From contig NC_057754.1 of assembly GCF_004010195.1 (NCBI RefSeq), positions 7,300,871-7,351,386 of the forward strand: 50,516 bases of DNA, written 5' to 3'. The notes beneath the pieces are model-generated. The model saw only the letters and a list, made by a program, of their open reading frames with translations, did not search any database and was not told where the DNA came from. The DNA is from Chiloscyllium plagiosum (Eukaryota). This document shows, in pieces, positions 10,770-22,205 of this stretch (position 1 is its first letter; each line of letters opens with the position of its first letter). A program made the translations under genes and the position numbers.

Positions 10770-11880
10770 CTTAGTTTAAATCCTTCTGAGCAGCTCTGGC
10801 AAATCCCCCAACAGGAAATTAGGCAGGACCTTAAAAAGTATGTCCTCAAGAGTAGTAATACCTGGATTATGCCTGGTGACACGAGCAATTCCGGTGCAAT
10901 CCATCCTTCTTTTAGAGGTCACTTCTACCCAGACGATATTCCAATGACTTCTTCTCCCCTGCACCAGCTCTTCAGCCACGTAGTCATCTATCCTCCTATT
11001 CCTACTCTCACTAGCTTGTAGAATTGGGAATAATACAGATATTACTACCCTTGAGGACCTATTATTTTAAGCTGCTGCCTAACTTCCTGTATTCTGTCTT
11101 GAGAACATTATCCTTTTCTTTTCCTATGTCCTTGGATCCAATGTGTACAACAACCTCCTCCCCTTTGAGAACATTCTGCGCCGAGATATCCTTGACCCTG
11201 GCACCCAAGAGGCAAGATACCGTTCTGATATCTCACTGCCGGCAACAGAAACGTCTGTCTGTGCATCAGAGTAGAGAATACTCTATCACAGTCGATCGCT
11301 TGGAATCTGACGTATCCTTTGTTACATTAGAGTCAGTCTTGGTACCATAAACCTGGTTGTCAGTGCTACATTCCCCCGAGAGTCCCTCACCCCCTAGTTT
11401 TTCCAAAACAGCATCCCTGCTTTAGATGGGGATAGCCACAGGAGACTTCTGCAAAACCTGCCTCCGTTTACTACCTTTCCTGGAGGAACCCCATCAACCT
11501 CAAGCGACTGACTGTGTGGAGTTTGCACGTTCTCCCCGTGTCTGCGTGGGTTTCCTCCGGGTGCTCCGGTTTCCTCCCACAGTCCAAAGATGTGCAGGTC
11601 AGGTGAATTGGCCATGCTAAATTGCCCGTAGTGTTAGGTAAGGGGTAAATGTAGGGGTATGGGTGGGTTGCGCTTCGGCGGGTCGGTGTGGACATGTTGG
11701 GCCGAAGAGCCTGTTTCCAGACTGTAATGTAATGTAATCTAATCTAACCTGGCTGGATCTTCAGTTTATCTCTCTTCCTGCAACTGCCATCCATCACATC
11801 CCTTAGCTCCGGTTAATTCCATTTACCCTCTAACTGCTGGTCCAACCTAATCATGTAATCTGATAGGATTTGCATACAAA
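10770..11880 (-). mobile_element. CR1 ORF1 (SGNH esterase) fragment, interrupted by a SINE and containing a short inverted piece
   Basis: Minus translation includes CLLGARVKDISAQNVLKGEEVVVHIGSKDIGKEK. 10812-10890 is a plus-orientation copy of the same ORF1 segment. Confidence 0.75.
11499..11747 (+). mobile_element. Young 5'-truncated HE1/V-SINE
   Basis: Near-consensus V domain (tgtgtggagtttgcacgttctccccgtgtctgcgtgggtttcctccgggtgc) and a (taatg/taatc)n tail. Confidence 0.92.
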
Positions 11881-12289
11881 ACACACTGAGTCACCACATA
11901 AACCCTGCTTCCATTACAGCTGCATAATAAAGGATGTGATAAATTCTAAAAGATATTTACACCATCATGAAGAATTGCTTCCTTCTGCAAAACAGCTCCG
12001 AAATCCCTGCTTCAGCTCATGATTGGTGAAACATTCATTCCATTGTTACCTCGGCATGCTTGTATTCCAGTGCCATATCAGGATTATAAATTCTATGCAT
12101 TTATTTGGTCCAAATTTCTTACTTCCTCCTGGTTTGCATATCCCAACAAATCTCAATATTCCCTGAACATCTGGTGACTGCAAAAACCAACACAGGCACG
12201 TTGTCCTCTAAATTCTCGATTGTCAACTCTCACTCGTGTATTCAAAATGTTCCATGTTCATCCACTGATTTCTTTACTTTTTTGGACTG

Positions 12290-12853
12290 GTGTGATTGTA
12301 CAAGACTTTAGTTCGGCTGCATTTAGAATACTGTTTACAGTTCTGGTCGCCATATTACCAAAGGATGTGGACGCTTTGGAGAGGGTGCAGAGAAGGTTTA
12401 CGAGGATGTTGTCTGGTGGAAGGTGCTAGCTATAAAGAGAGGTTGAGTAGGTTAGGGTTGTTTTCATTAGAAAAAAGGAGATTGAGGGGGCAGCTGACTG
12501 AGGTCTACAAAATCATGAAGGGTATAGACAGGATAGATAGAGATAAGTTTTTTCCAAGGGTGAGGCATTCAATAACGAAAAGGTGAGAGCAAAAATGTTT
12601 AAGGAGGACACACACGGAAAGTACTTTACACAGAAGGTGTAGGTTGCCTGGAATGCATTGCCAGCAGAGGTAGTAGAGTCAGGCATGGTAGATTCATTTA
12701 AGATGTGCCTAGACAGATGCATGAGTAAGTGGGGAGCAGAGGGATACAGATCCTTAGGAATTGGATGATAGGTTTACACTGGATTTAGATCAGCACAGGC
12801 TTGAAGGGCTAAAAGACTTGTTCCTGGGCTGTAAGTTTTCTTTGTTCTTTGTT
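12290..12853 (+). mobile_element. CR1 3' end
   Basis: YKTLVRLHLEYCLQFWSPYY..DVDALERVQRRFTRM..SYKERLSRLGLFSLEKRRLRG; tail (ttctttg)n. Confidence 0.92.
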
Positions 12854-13270
12854 CCCCATTCCACCCAAAAGCTCAGTCAGTGCATGAGGAAAGATTTTAG
12901 ATGAACCTTTCAAACTTCACCATCTACTGTCTGATCACCTTGCTGATGGTCCTTTCATATTATTTGAAAAGTAAAGCAGTTTTGATCTTCTGTCTGATCA
13001 CATTCACTCCTGGATACATCAGACAGAGACACGGTCAGTGCAGTGACCTTGCCTTCCCTGTGTTTACTCATTCAGCCTCATGCCTCAGACGAAGCCAGTT
13101 TACAAAATGATTGCGATGTCTGATCTCTCTCTGTGATGTACACAGTGGGGTCACACCTGTTCTGTGAGGCCATAGTTTTGACCTGTCCAGTTCAAGGGGC
13201 CTCACTGCGATCAAACAGGGAGTTACCAAAACCTTCACTTTTCATAGTCTACAATGTGTTGATATTCCAG

Positions 13271-13679
13271 TGTTATGGACCTGGCCAGACCTCCTTAAAC
13301 CATATTAAGAAGGTAGGCCCCAGACCTTAACTTTCTTTTAGGCAGATGTACAGTGCATATTCCAGGAGTGATACAGCTGGTCAAACCACTCAGCTTTAAA
13401 AAAAGAGTTTATTTAAACATCATGGATGAAACACGAACAGGAGAAAATAGAACTTAGAATAACGTATTTGAAAACCCACCCAACACGATATCACAACTGA
13501 ATAAAGCTGTTCCAATCTCTACAACATCCAATAATCACAGCCCTTGACAAAAGGTAAAGTCAAATAAGGTTCTTACAGGCAGGATAAGATTCTGAGGGAA
13601 AGTTCAAACATTTAAAGTCATACCGGAATCTCTGCTTTCACGTCTCCTCTTGTAAAAAAAAAATCAAGGACAACATAAC
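13271..13679. mobile_element. Probable degraded solo LTR
   Basis: Starts TGTTATGG and ends ACATAAC. Flanks ccag/cttg give only an imperfect TSD. Confidence 0.45.
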
Positions 13680-13894
13680 CTTGTTGAAGGAGCAGCATCA
13701 TTATACCAGACTGCACAAAGCAGTTCCAGACATAGATGGTATGGTGTATGTGGGACGAGAAGTGATGGAATTGCCTTGATCCTTTGTGTCTTCTCTTGGT
13801 AGTACCCAGTATTTATCACTATTGACCATTCACTGGTGATCAACAAGGGCTGGGAGAAGCTGTTTAGTGAGGGAGCTGAGAATTTGCATCAGTT

Positions 13895-14610
13895 ACCATC
13901 CCTTCATATCTCTGTAATCTCTCTAGCGCAAACACACCTATCTCTAAAATTCTCCACTTCCTATTCCCCTCCCTATTTCTGTAAATTTGTCCAGCTCCTA
14001 CACCTCTCCCTACCTCTGTAACCTTCTCAAGCATATACTCCCCTCCAAACCTCACAACCTCCTGTAGTCCTGACACCCATCCTGACCTCTAAATTTCTCC
14101 AGCCCTGACACTCTTCCATATCTCTGTATCCTCCTGGCCCCTACACTTGAACATATCTCTGCAACTTCCTGAGACAAAAATGGAAATTTCTGGAAAAGCT
14201 CAGCAGGTCTGGCAGCAACTGTGGAGTGAAATCAGGGTTAATGTTTCAGGTTGAGCGGCCCTTCCCCAAAACTGTAACCTCCTTCGGGCCCAGCACTCTG
14301 AACTATTTCTGTATCTTCCTCCAGCAAGTACAAACACAACCAATGTCTGTACCATCCTCCAGGACCTGCATGCCTCCCTTATCTCTGTGACTGCCTCCAG
14401 GACCTGCATGCCTCCCTTATCTCTGTGACCTTCTCCAGGGCCTGCATCCCTCCCTTATCCCTGTGACCTCCCCCAGGACCTGCACCCCTCCCTTATCTGC
14501 GTGACCTCCTCCAGGACCTGCATGCCTCCCTTATCTCTGTGACTGCCTCCAGGACCTGAACTCTAAACTATCTGTGTAACCTCTCCACAGCCAACAAAAC
14601 CCTCCATGAC
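13895..14610 (+). repeat. Degenerate tandem array with a young 38-bp core (about 14357-14560)
   Basis: Unit cctccaggacctgcatgcctcccttatctctgtgactg; older copies ccctatttctgtaa/cctacctctgtaacc lie upstream. Interrupted at about 14175-14265 by a PLE-derived short repeat. Confidence 0.75.
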
Positions 14611-14624
14611 CTCTGATAAACTCA

Positions 14625-15665
14625 GTGTCACAAAGCACAGAAACCGACCCTTCAGTCCAACCAGTCCATGCTGACCATAGGAAAAAGTGAGAACGGCAGA
14701 TGCTGGAGATCAGAGTAGAGTGTGTGGTGCTTGGAAAGCACAGCAGGTCAGGCAGCTTCTGAGGAGCAGGAGAATCAGGCATAAGCCCTTCATCCGGAAT
14801 GGTACTGAATGTGGTCTAGCGTCTACGCGGGATCAGTCGATTCTGTAGACAGGCACTGAGAAAGGAGATGTGGCTGTGGTAGCAAGTCTGCTTCAGGACG
14901 TGGCTGAAGAGCTTCAGGGCAGAGCAGATGACCTGGGGGCAGTGGTGAGAGACAAAGATTCACTAAGAACGTTGTAGAGAGAGGACAGCTTCTTCAAGGT
15001 AGGCATCCTTGGAAGAGGCTTCGCTGTAAGGTTAAAACCAACTAGGAGAAAGTGAGGACTGCAAATGCTGGAGATCAGTGTCGAGAGTGTGGTGCTGGTA
15101 AAGCACAGCAGATCAGGCAGCATCCAAGCAGCAGGAGAATTGACACTTCAGGCATAAGCCCTTCATCAGGAACCAGCATTGTCCCAAACTAAACTCGCCT
15201 CACCATCCTGCGCTTGGCCCGTATCTCTTCAAACATTTCTTATTCATGTTATTATTTAAATGCCTTTTAAACATTGTAACTGCACCAGCATCCATCGCTT
15301 CCTCTGGAAGTTCATTCCATATAAAAATCATTCTCTGTGTAAAAAAATTGCCTCTCGTGTCTTTTTTAAAATCTTTCTCCTCTCATCTTAAAAATATGTC
15401 CCATAGTCTTGAAATCACTCACCCAAAGGAAAAGATGACTGCTATTCACCTTACTCTATATGGCTCATTACTTTAAAAATCTCAGTAAGGTCACTTCCTA
15501 CACTCCAGTGAGAAAAGTCCAAGCTTATCTAGCCTCTCCTTGTAACTCAAACCCTCCATTGTCAGCAACATCCTGATGAAGCTCTTCTGAACTCTGTCTA
15601 ACTTAATAATATCCTACCTATAACAGGGTGCCCAGAACTGAACGCAGTCCTCCAGAAGAGGCCTC
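14625..15665 (-). mobile_element. CR1 3' end split by a PLE insertion
   Basis: gcacagaaaccgacccttcagtccaaccagtccatgctgacca (3' UTR) resumes at about 15175 and runs to cagaactgaacgcagt (VQFW). Confidence 0.8.
14680..15172 (-). mobile_element. Neptune-type PLE: pseudo-LTR, ORF N-terminus and a second pseudo-LTR
   Basis: Minus strand: decayed hammerhead/tail at 15045-15172, then ATG at about 15007 (MPTLKKLSS... and, after a frameshift, LKLFSHVLKQTCYHSHISFLSACLQNRLIP), then a second tail at 14680-14800. Confidence 0.75.
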
Positions 15666-15669
15666 ATCG

Positions 15670-17518
15670 GCCTTCAGGAATGTAGAAGGGCTCATGCCAG
15701 AAACGTCGATTCTCCTGCTCCTTGGATGCTGCCTGACCTGCTGCGTTTTTCCAGCAACACATTTTCAGCTCTTAACCACCATACTTGCAGCCATGCGCCG
15801 CTACCTACATTCCCTGCAATTAGACCTACCCCAGCTCAGGACTACACTCTCACAGACCTGCAAAGGACCTCTACTGTTCTTCATCCACAGAAGAATCCAT
15901 ACAGTAAATAAACAGTTCTTCCTAGCCATATCGGAAATTAAAGACAGTAAGTACCAAAACCTTTCATGTACTTACCCCCACACTCTGGGTTCCTCAACTG
16001 TTCCAGAATCTTCCATCGGCCTCCGAAATCGTTCTGGCGCCATTAACCACGCGTCTGCTACATCGCCCATCGCAGCCTCCGCGATCGCCGCCCAGACAAC
16101 CGCCTCCGCGATCGCTGCCCAGACAACTACCTCCACGATCGCCAGGAAGACCATCGCCGACAGATTCGCGGCCCCTGCGGCTATCGGGAATAACACTGTC
16201 TCGGTCGTCGCCACAGCCACTTCCGCCCCCAGTGACATCANNNNNNNNNNNNNNNNNNNNNNNNNNNNNNNNNNNNNNNNNNNNNNNNNNNNNNNNNNNN
16301 NNNNNNNNNNNNNNNNNNNNNNNNNNNNNNNNNNNNNNNNNNNNNNNNNNNNNNNNNNNNNNNNNNNNNNNNNNNNNNNNNNNNNNNNNNNNNNNNNNNN
16401 NNNNNNNNNNNNNNNNNNNNNNNNNNNNNNNNNNNNNNNNNNNNNNNNNNNNNNNNNNNNNNNNNNNNNNNNNNNNNNNNNNNNNNNNNNNNNNNNNNNN
16501 NNNNNNNNNNNNNNNNNNNNNNNNNNNNNNNNNNNNNNNNNNNNNNNNNNNNNNNNNNNNNNNNNNNNNNNNNNNNNNNNNNNNNNNNNNNNNNNNNNNN
16601 NNNNNNNNNNNNNNNNNNNNNNNNNNNNNNNNNNNNNNNNNNNNNNNNNNNNNATCACCTCAAGGGATCTCCCATCCACCGCCTCCAACCTCATAGTCCC
16701 ACAACCCCACACTGCCCGTTTCTACCTCCTGCCCAAAATCAACAAACCTGACTACCCCGGCCGACCCATTGTCTCAGCCTGCTCCTGCCCCACTGAAGTC
16801 ATCTCTGCATACCTCGACATGGTCTGTCCACCTTAGTCCAAGAACTCCCCACCTACGTTCGGGACACCACCCACGCCCTCCACCTCCTCCATTATTTTTC
16901 TCTTCCCCGGTCCCCAACGCCTTATTTTCACCATGGACATCCAATTATTGTACACCTCCATCCCCCATCACGAAGGACTTAGAGCCCTCCGCTTCTTTCT
17001 TTTCCGCCATACCAACCAGTACCCTTCCACCAACACCCTCCTTCGACTGACTGAACTGGTCCTCACCCTGAACAACTTCTCTTTCGAATCCTCCCACTTC
17101 CTCCAAACCCCAAAGGAATAGCCATGGGCACCCGCATGGGCCCCAGCTATGCCTGCCTCTTCATAGGATATATGGAGCAGTCCATCTTCCGCAGCTACAC
17201 TGGCACCACCCCCCACCTTTTCCTCTGCTACATCAATGACTGTATTGGTGCTACCTCGTTCTCCCACTTTACCAACTCCTTCCACCCTGACCTCAAATTC
17301 ACCTGGACCGTCTCAGACTCCTCCCTCCCCTTCCTAGACCTTTCCATTTCTATCTCGAGTGACCGAATCGACACGGACATCTACTATAAACCGACCGACT
17401 CCGACAGCTACCTAGACCACACCTCCTCCCACCCTGCCCCCTGTAAAAACGCCGTCCCATATTCCCAATTCCTTCGTCTCCGCCGCATCTGCTCCCAGGA
17501 GGACCAGTTCCAAAACCG
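15670..17518 (+). mobile_element. Neptune-type Penelope-like element, reverse transcriptase (frameshifted, gapped)
   Basis: [65 protein letters not shown] (YIDD), LPFLDL, YYKPTD..SYL..TSSHP, PYSQFLRLRRICS. Preceded by a family-A tail at 15670-15770; 27-bp repeat (IAAQTTASA) at about 16068-16140. Confidence 0.92.
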
Positions 17519-17775
17519 NNNNNNNNNNNNNNNNNNNNNNNNNNNNNNNNNNNNNNNNNNNNNNNNNNNNNNNNNNNNNNNNNNNNNNNNNNNNNNNNNN
17601 NNNNNNNNNNNNNNNNNNNNNNNNNNNNNNNNNNNNNNNNNNNNNNNNNNNNNNNNNNNNNNNNNNNNNNNNNNNNNNNNNNNNNNNNNNNNNNNNNNNN
17701 NNNNNNNNNNNNNNNNNNNNNNNNNNNNNNNNNNNNNNNNNNNNNNNNNNNNNNNNNNNNNNNNNNNNNNNNNNN

Positions 17776-17995
17776 CTGATCATCTTATAAACCTCTGTCA
17801 AGTCACCCCTCATCCTTCGCCGTTCCAACGGGAAAAGGCCGAGAACTCTCAACCTATCCTCGTACGACTTATTCTCCATTCCAGGCAACATCCTGGTAAA
17901 TCTTCTCTGCACCCTCTCCAAAGCTTCCACATCTTTCCTAAAGTGAGGCGACCAGAACTGCACACAGTACTCCAACTGTGGCCTAACCAAAGTCC
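17776..17995 (-). mobile_element. CR1 ORF2 3' fragment
   Basis: VRPQLEYCVQFWSPHFRKDVEALERVQRRFTRMLPGM...RRMRGDLTEVYKMI. Confidence 0.92.
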
Positions 17996-18293
17996 TGAAG
18001 GTTCACGAGATATTATCATTATTTGAAACCTTGGACAGAAAGTGGACAGAACCATGAATAGTTTTACATTTGCTTGGTATTTCTGTACTGTGTATGTAAG
18101 AAAGAGGAGGCATTGTATTAGTTTTATTTTCAGGTTTTGTAAGTGGCATTGTACTATTGGAAATTTGTTTACAAGCATTTAAATCGAACTTTTAAAACTT
18201 CTTGAGCTGAACAGGGATAGGAATGAAAAATATCTTTGCAACTAGGCAAGGTATCCCAGACAGTAAGAGACAAAGACAGATATGAAAGATCTG

Positions 18294-18428
18294 TCCCTAC
18301 CTTTTATCTTAGCCTGCTGGACACACTTTCCTCATTCCTGAAGAAGGGCTTATGCCCAAAACGTCGATTCTCCTGTTCCTTGGATGCTGCCTGACCTGCT
18401 GCGCTTTTCCAGCAACACATTTTCAGCT
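18294..18428 (+). mobile_element. PLE family-A pseudo-LTR with mutated hammerhead
   Basis: ctcattcCTGAAGA A GGGCttatGCCC aAAACGTC gattctcc (G12 changed to A). Confidence 0.8.
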
Positions 18429-18431
18429 TAT

Positions 18432-19417
18432 TAGGATTTTACTGTGGACTCCCAAAAGTCAGTGGGAAATAGAGAAGCAAACTTGTAAGGAGATCTCAGT
18501 TATCTGTAAGAATAATAGGGTGGTAATGGTAAGGGATTTTAACTTTCCAAAGCATAGACTGGGACTGCCAAAGAGTTAAGGACTTGGTTGGAGAGGAATC
18601 TGTTAAGTGTGTACAAGGAAATGTTCTGATTCAGTAAATCGACGTACTTACTGAAGAAGGAGCAAAACTTGACCTCCTCTTGGGAAATAAAGTAGGGCAG
18701 GTGACTGAGTTGTCAGTGGGGGAGCACTTTGGGGCCAGTGACCATAATTCTATTAGTTTTAAATTAATGTTGAAAATCATACAACACGAGGTGGTAGTCC
18801 AACAGGTTTATTTGGAAACACTAGCTTTCGGAGAGCCACTCCTTCATCGGGTGGTTATACCTAATAAAGGAGTGGCGCTCCGAAAGCTAGTGCTTCCAAA
18901 TAAACCTATTGGACTATAACCTGATGTTGTGTGATTTTTAACTTTGTCCACACCAGTACAATACCAACACCTTCAAGTCAGGCAATTTTAAAATATTGAT
19001 GAAAAAAGATAGACCGGATCTAAAAGTTAAAGTTCTAAATTTAGAGGAAGGACAATCTTGATGATATTAGGCACGGACTTTCAAAAGTTGATTGGAGGTG
19101 GGTATTCACAGGTAAAGGACGGGTGGAAAGTTGGAAGCCTTCAACAATGAGTTAATGAGAATCCAGAGACAGTATGTTCCCATTAGAGTGAAGGGCAAGG
19201 CTGGTAGGTGTAGGGAATGCTGGATGACCAGAGAAAATGAGGTTTTGTTCAAGAATAAGGATTTGTTCAAGCGTATGTCAGGTATAGACAGTAGGGATAG
19301 AGAGAATCTCTAAAAGAGTATAAAGGCAGTAGAAGTATACATGAGGGAAATCAGGAAAATAAAAATGGGACATGGGATAGCTTTGGCAAATAGGGTGAGG
19401 GTGAATTCAATGGGATT
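18432..19417 (+). mobile_element. CR1 APE-endonuclease region fragment
   Basis: RVVMVRDFNFP, LDLLLGN..GQVTELSVGEHFGASDHNSISF; continues after the insertion at 18765-18985. Confidence 0.85.
18771..18980. mobile_element. Palindromic PLE-derived mini-element with two opposed, decayed family-B hammerheads
   Basis: Left arm ...cactagctttcggagagccactccttcatcgggtg is the reverse complement of right arm tacctaataaaggagtggcgctccgaaagctagtg...ttgtgtgatttt. Confidence 0.75.
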
Positions 19418-20101
19418 TCTTTTTCTTTCTCCCCCCCCACACAACCACCCAATCGCAGTCGTGCTTATTTTTCCCCAGCACCCCTGCGTGCAGGTGTCAG
19501 AACCTGTGAAGCACAACAATTGCTTCAATCTTTATTTATATTCCACCATCAGGAAGAAAGGAAACACTGAGTGACTAGTGACAAGCAGTGCCCTTATCAT
19601 CAAAGGGCAATGCTGCATGATCAAACAGTGAAGGGGAGGGTAAGGATTAAATCAGAATAGAGTTGGAGGGGGAAATAATACACTCCACTCCCTGTGGTGC
19701 CCACCTCTCCCTGAAAATCTCGAGGGTGTTGGTGGACACCGTGTGCTCCTTCTCCAGTGACACCCGGGCTCTAACATAACCATGTAAGAGAGGCAGGCAA
19801 TCGGCCTCAACACCCCCCTCCATGGCCCGCTGCCTGGACCTATTTATGGCCAGTTTTGCCATGCCCAGGAGCAGACCCACGAAGAGGTCCTCTGACCTAC
19901 CATCCCCCTACTGCACCAGGTGCCCGAAGATCAGAAGCGTGGGGCTGAAGTGAACCAGAAACAGCGAAGAAGGTTTTTAAGAAAATCAAAAAGGGAGTGC
20001 AAATGACCACACACAATATTTACATGGTCTCCGGACTCTACAGCACCACAGAACAAGCAGTTGGGCTGTGAGTCAGTGAGCCACCGTAATGTGATTGTAG
20101 G
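19418..20101 (-). mobile_element. Tx1-clade (L1 group) LINE 3' end
   Basis: ORF 19647-19880 (LLLGMAKLAINRSRQR...RARVSLEKEH...FRERWAPQGVECIISP) resembles Tx1 ORF2 C-termini; 3' UTR ends in an A-rich tail at about 19418-19430. Confidence 0.75.
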
Positions 20102-21369
20102 NNNNNNNNNNNNNNNNNNNNNNNNNNNNNNNNNNNNNNNNNNNNNNNNNNNNNNNNNNNNNNNNNNNNNNNNNNNNNNNNNNNNNNNNNNNNNNNNNNN
20201 NNNNNNNNNNNNNNNNNNNNNNNNNNNNNNNNNNNNNNNNNNNNNNNNNNNNNNNNNNNNNNNNNNNNNNNNNNNNNNNNNNNNNNNNNNNNNNNNNNNN
20301 NNNNNNNNNNNNNNNNNNNNNNNNNNNNNNNNNNNNNNNNNNNNNNNNNNNNNNNNNNNNNNNNNNNNNNNNNNNNNNNNNNNNNNNNNNNNNNNNNNNN
20401 NNNNNNNNNNNNNNNNNNNNNNNNNNNNNNNNNNNNNNNNNNNNNNNNNNNNNNNNNNNNNNNNNNNNNNNNNNNNNNNNNNNNNNNNNNNNNNNNNNNN
20501 NNNNNNNNNNNNNNNNNNNNNNNNNNNNNNNNNNNNNNNNNNNNNNNNNNNNNNNNNNNNNNNNNNNNNNNNNNNNNNNNNNNNNNNNNNNNNNNNNNNN
20601 NTACTAGTTCTGATTTCTTATCATATACACACTGTCAGCATTCTGTTTCATATTAGCAACAAAAAGCAAAATACCAGATGCTGGAAATTTGACATATAAA
20701 CAGGTAATTCTGAACAAACTCATTTACCAGCTCCTCACTTCCAACCTATCCCTTTTCTTTTTCCATTCCCTTCCCTGCTTTTTTTGTCACATCCCAGTTT
20801 TGATGATAATTTATTAACCTCTTATTTCACATTTTCAGTGTCTGCAGTTTTTTTTTACAACAATGCATGACACGTCCAAACAAAACTGAATCGTGAATCA
20901 CTAAACCATGGGTCGGATGCTCATTTGTTTATAACTCTCTTGAGATCACTACAGGAGAAGCAACAATGGTTAGGATTCTGCGGGCAGTCAACTCAAGTAT
21001 TGGGACCAGAGAGGGTTGGTGTTCTGGATGTAATAGGAAACAAAGAAATGTTCAGAGACATCCTTGCCAAAGGTTGACAGCTCAGGAGCACAGAGAGGGA
21101 TGGGGTAAATTGCCTTGGTGTAGCGCCTGGTTTGTTGCTGTCACTTACTGACTATGTAATGGAAACAGTGTTACCTCCACCCTGCTACAGGACAGCAGAA
21201 GTTCCAGGAAGATATCCAATCCTGCAAAGACGCTGAAATTTTTAGAGCTAAGATGGAGAGAGAGCTTATGAGAAGTGTAAGGGTAAGTGATCCTAGGAGG
21301 CGAAAGAAGGAAGAGGATAGAATGGTCTGTTTCTGTGCTCTGACTCTGACAGGCTGAGCTTGAGTTTTA

Positions 21370-22205
21370 AATGTGTTGCTGGAAAAGCGCAGCAGGTCAG
21401 GCAGCATCCAAGGGGCAGGAGAATCGACGTTTCGGGCATGAGCCCTTCTTCAGGAATGAGGGAAGTGTGTCCAGCAGGCTAAGATAAAATGTAGGCAGGA
21501 GGGACTTGGGGGAGGGGCGTGGAAGGAGGTCAAGGTGAGGGTGATAGGCCGGAGTGGGGGTGGGGGCGGAGANNNNNNNNNNNNNNNNNNNNNNNNNNNN
21601 NNNNNNNNNNNNNNNNNNNNNNNNNNNNNNNNNNNNNNNNNNNNNNNNNNNNNNNNNNNNNNNNNNNNNNNNNNNNNNNNNNNNNNNNNNNNNNNNNNNN
21701 NNNNNNNNNNNNNNNNNNNNNNNNNNNNNNNNNNNNNNNNNNNNNNNNNNNNNNNNNNNNNNNNNNNNNNNNNNNNNNNNNNNNNNNNNNNNNNNNNNNN
21801 NNNNNNNNNNNNNNNNNNNNNNNNNNNNNNNNNNNNNNNNNNNNNNNNNNNNNNNNNNNNNNNNNNNNNNNNNNNNNNNNNNNNNNNNNNNNNNNNNNNN
21901 NNNNNNNNNNNNNNNNNNNNNNNNNNNNNNNNNNNNNNNNNNNNNNNNNNNNNNNNNNNNNNNNNNNNNNNNNNNNNNNNNNNNNNNNNNNNNNNNNNNN
22001 NNNNNNNNNNNNNNNNNNNNNNNNNNNNNNNNNNNNNNNNNNNNNNNNNNNNNNNNNNNNNNNNNNNNNNNNNNNNNNNNNNNNNNNNNNNNNNNNNNNN
22101 NNNNNNNNNNNNNNNNNNNNNNNNNNNNNNNNNNNNNNNNNNNNNNGTCTTTGAAGAAGGAGGCCATCTGGATTGTACGGTATTGGAACTGGTCCTCCTG
22201 GGAGC
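21370..22205 (-). mobile_element. Neptune-type PLE 3' part with pseudo-LTR (gap in the middle)
   Basis: 22147-22205 encodes SQEDQFQYRTIQMASFFKD, continuing the RT seen near 17500; 21370-21572 is the family-A terminus. Confidence 0.85.
21422..21457 (-). ncRNA. Minimal type-I hammerhead ribozyme, family A, intact core
   Basis: attc CUGAAGA A GGGC-ucau-GCCC GAAA CG UC gauu; palindromic ACGU replaces stem III; stem I is imperfect. Confidence 0.7.

Noticed and set aside
10528..10779. Cys-rich 83-aa ORF containing CC
   Set aside because: TTG start, spacing unlike defensins, and adjacent to antisense CR1 sequence.
12901..13110. Hydrophobic 69-aa ORF with a possible phase-1 donor (CACG|gtcagt)
   Set aside because: No convincing partner exon or promoter; T-rich DNA readily gives hydrophobic translations.
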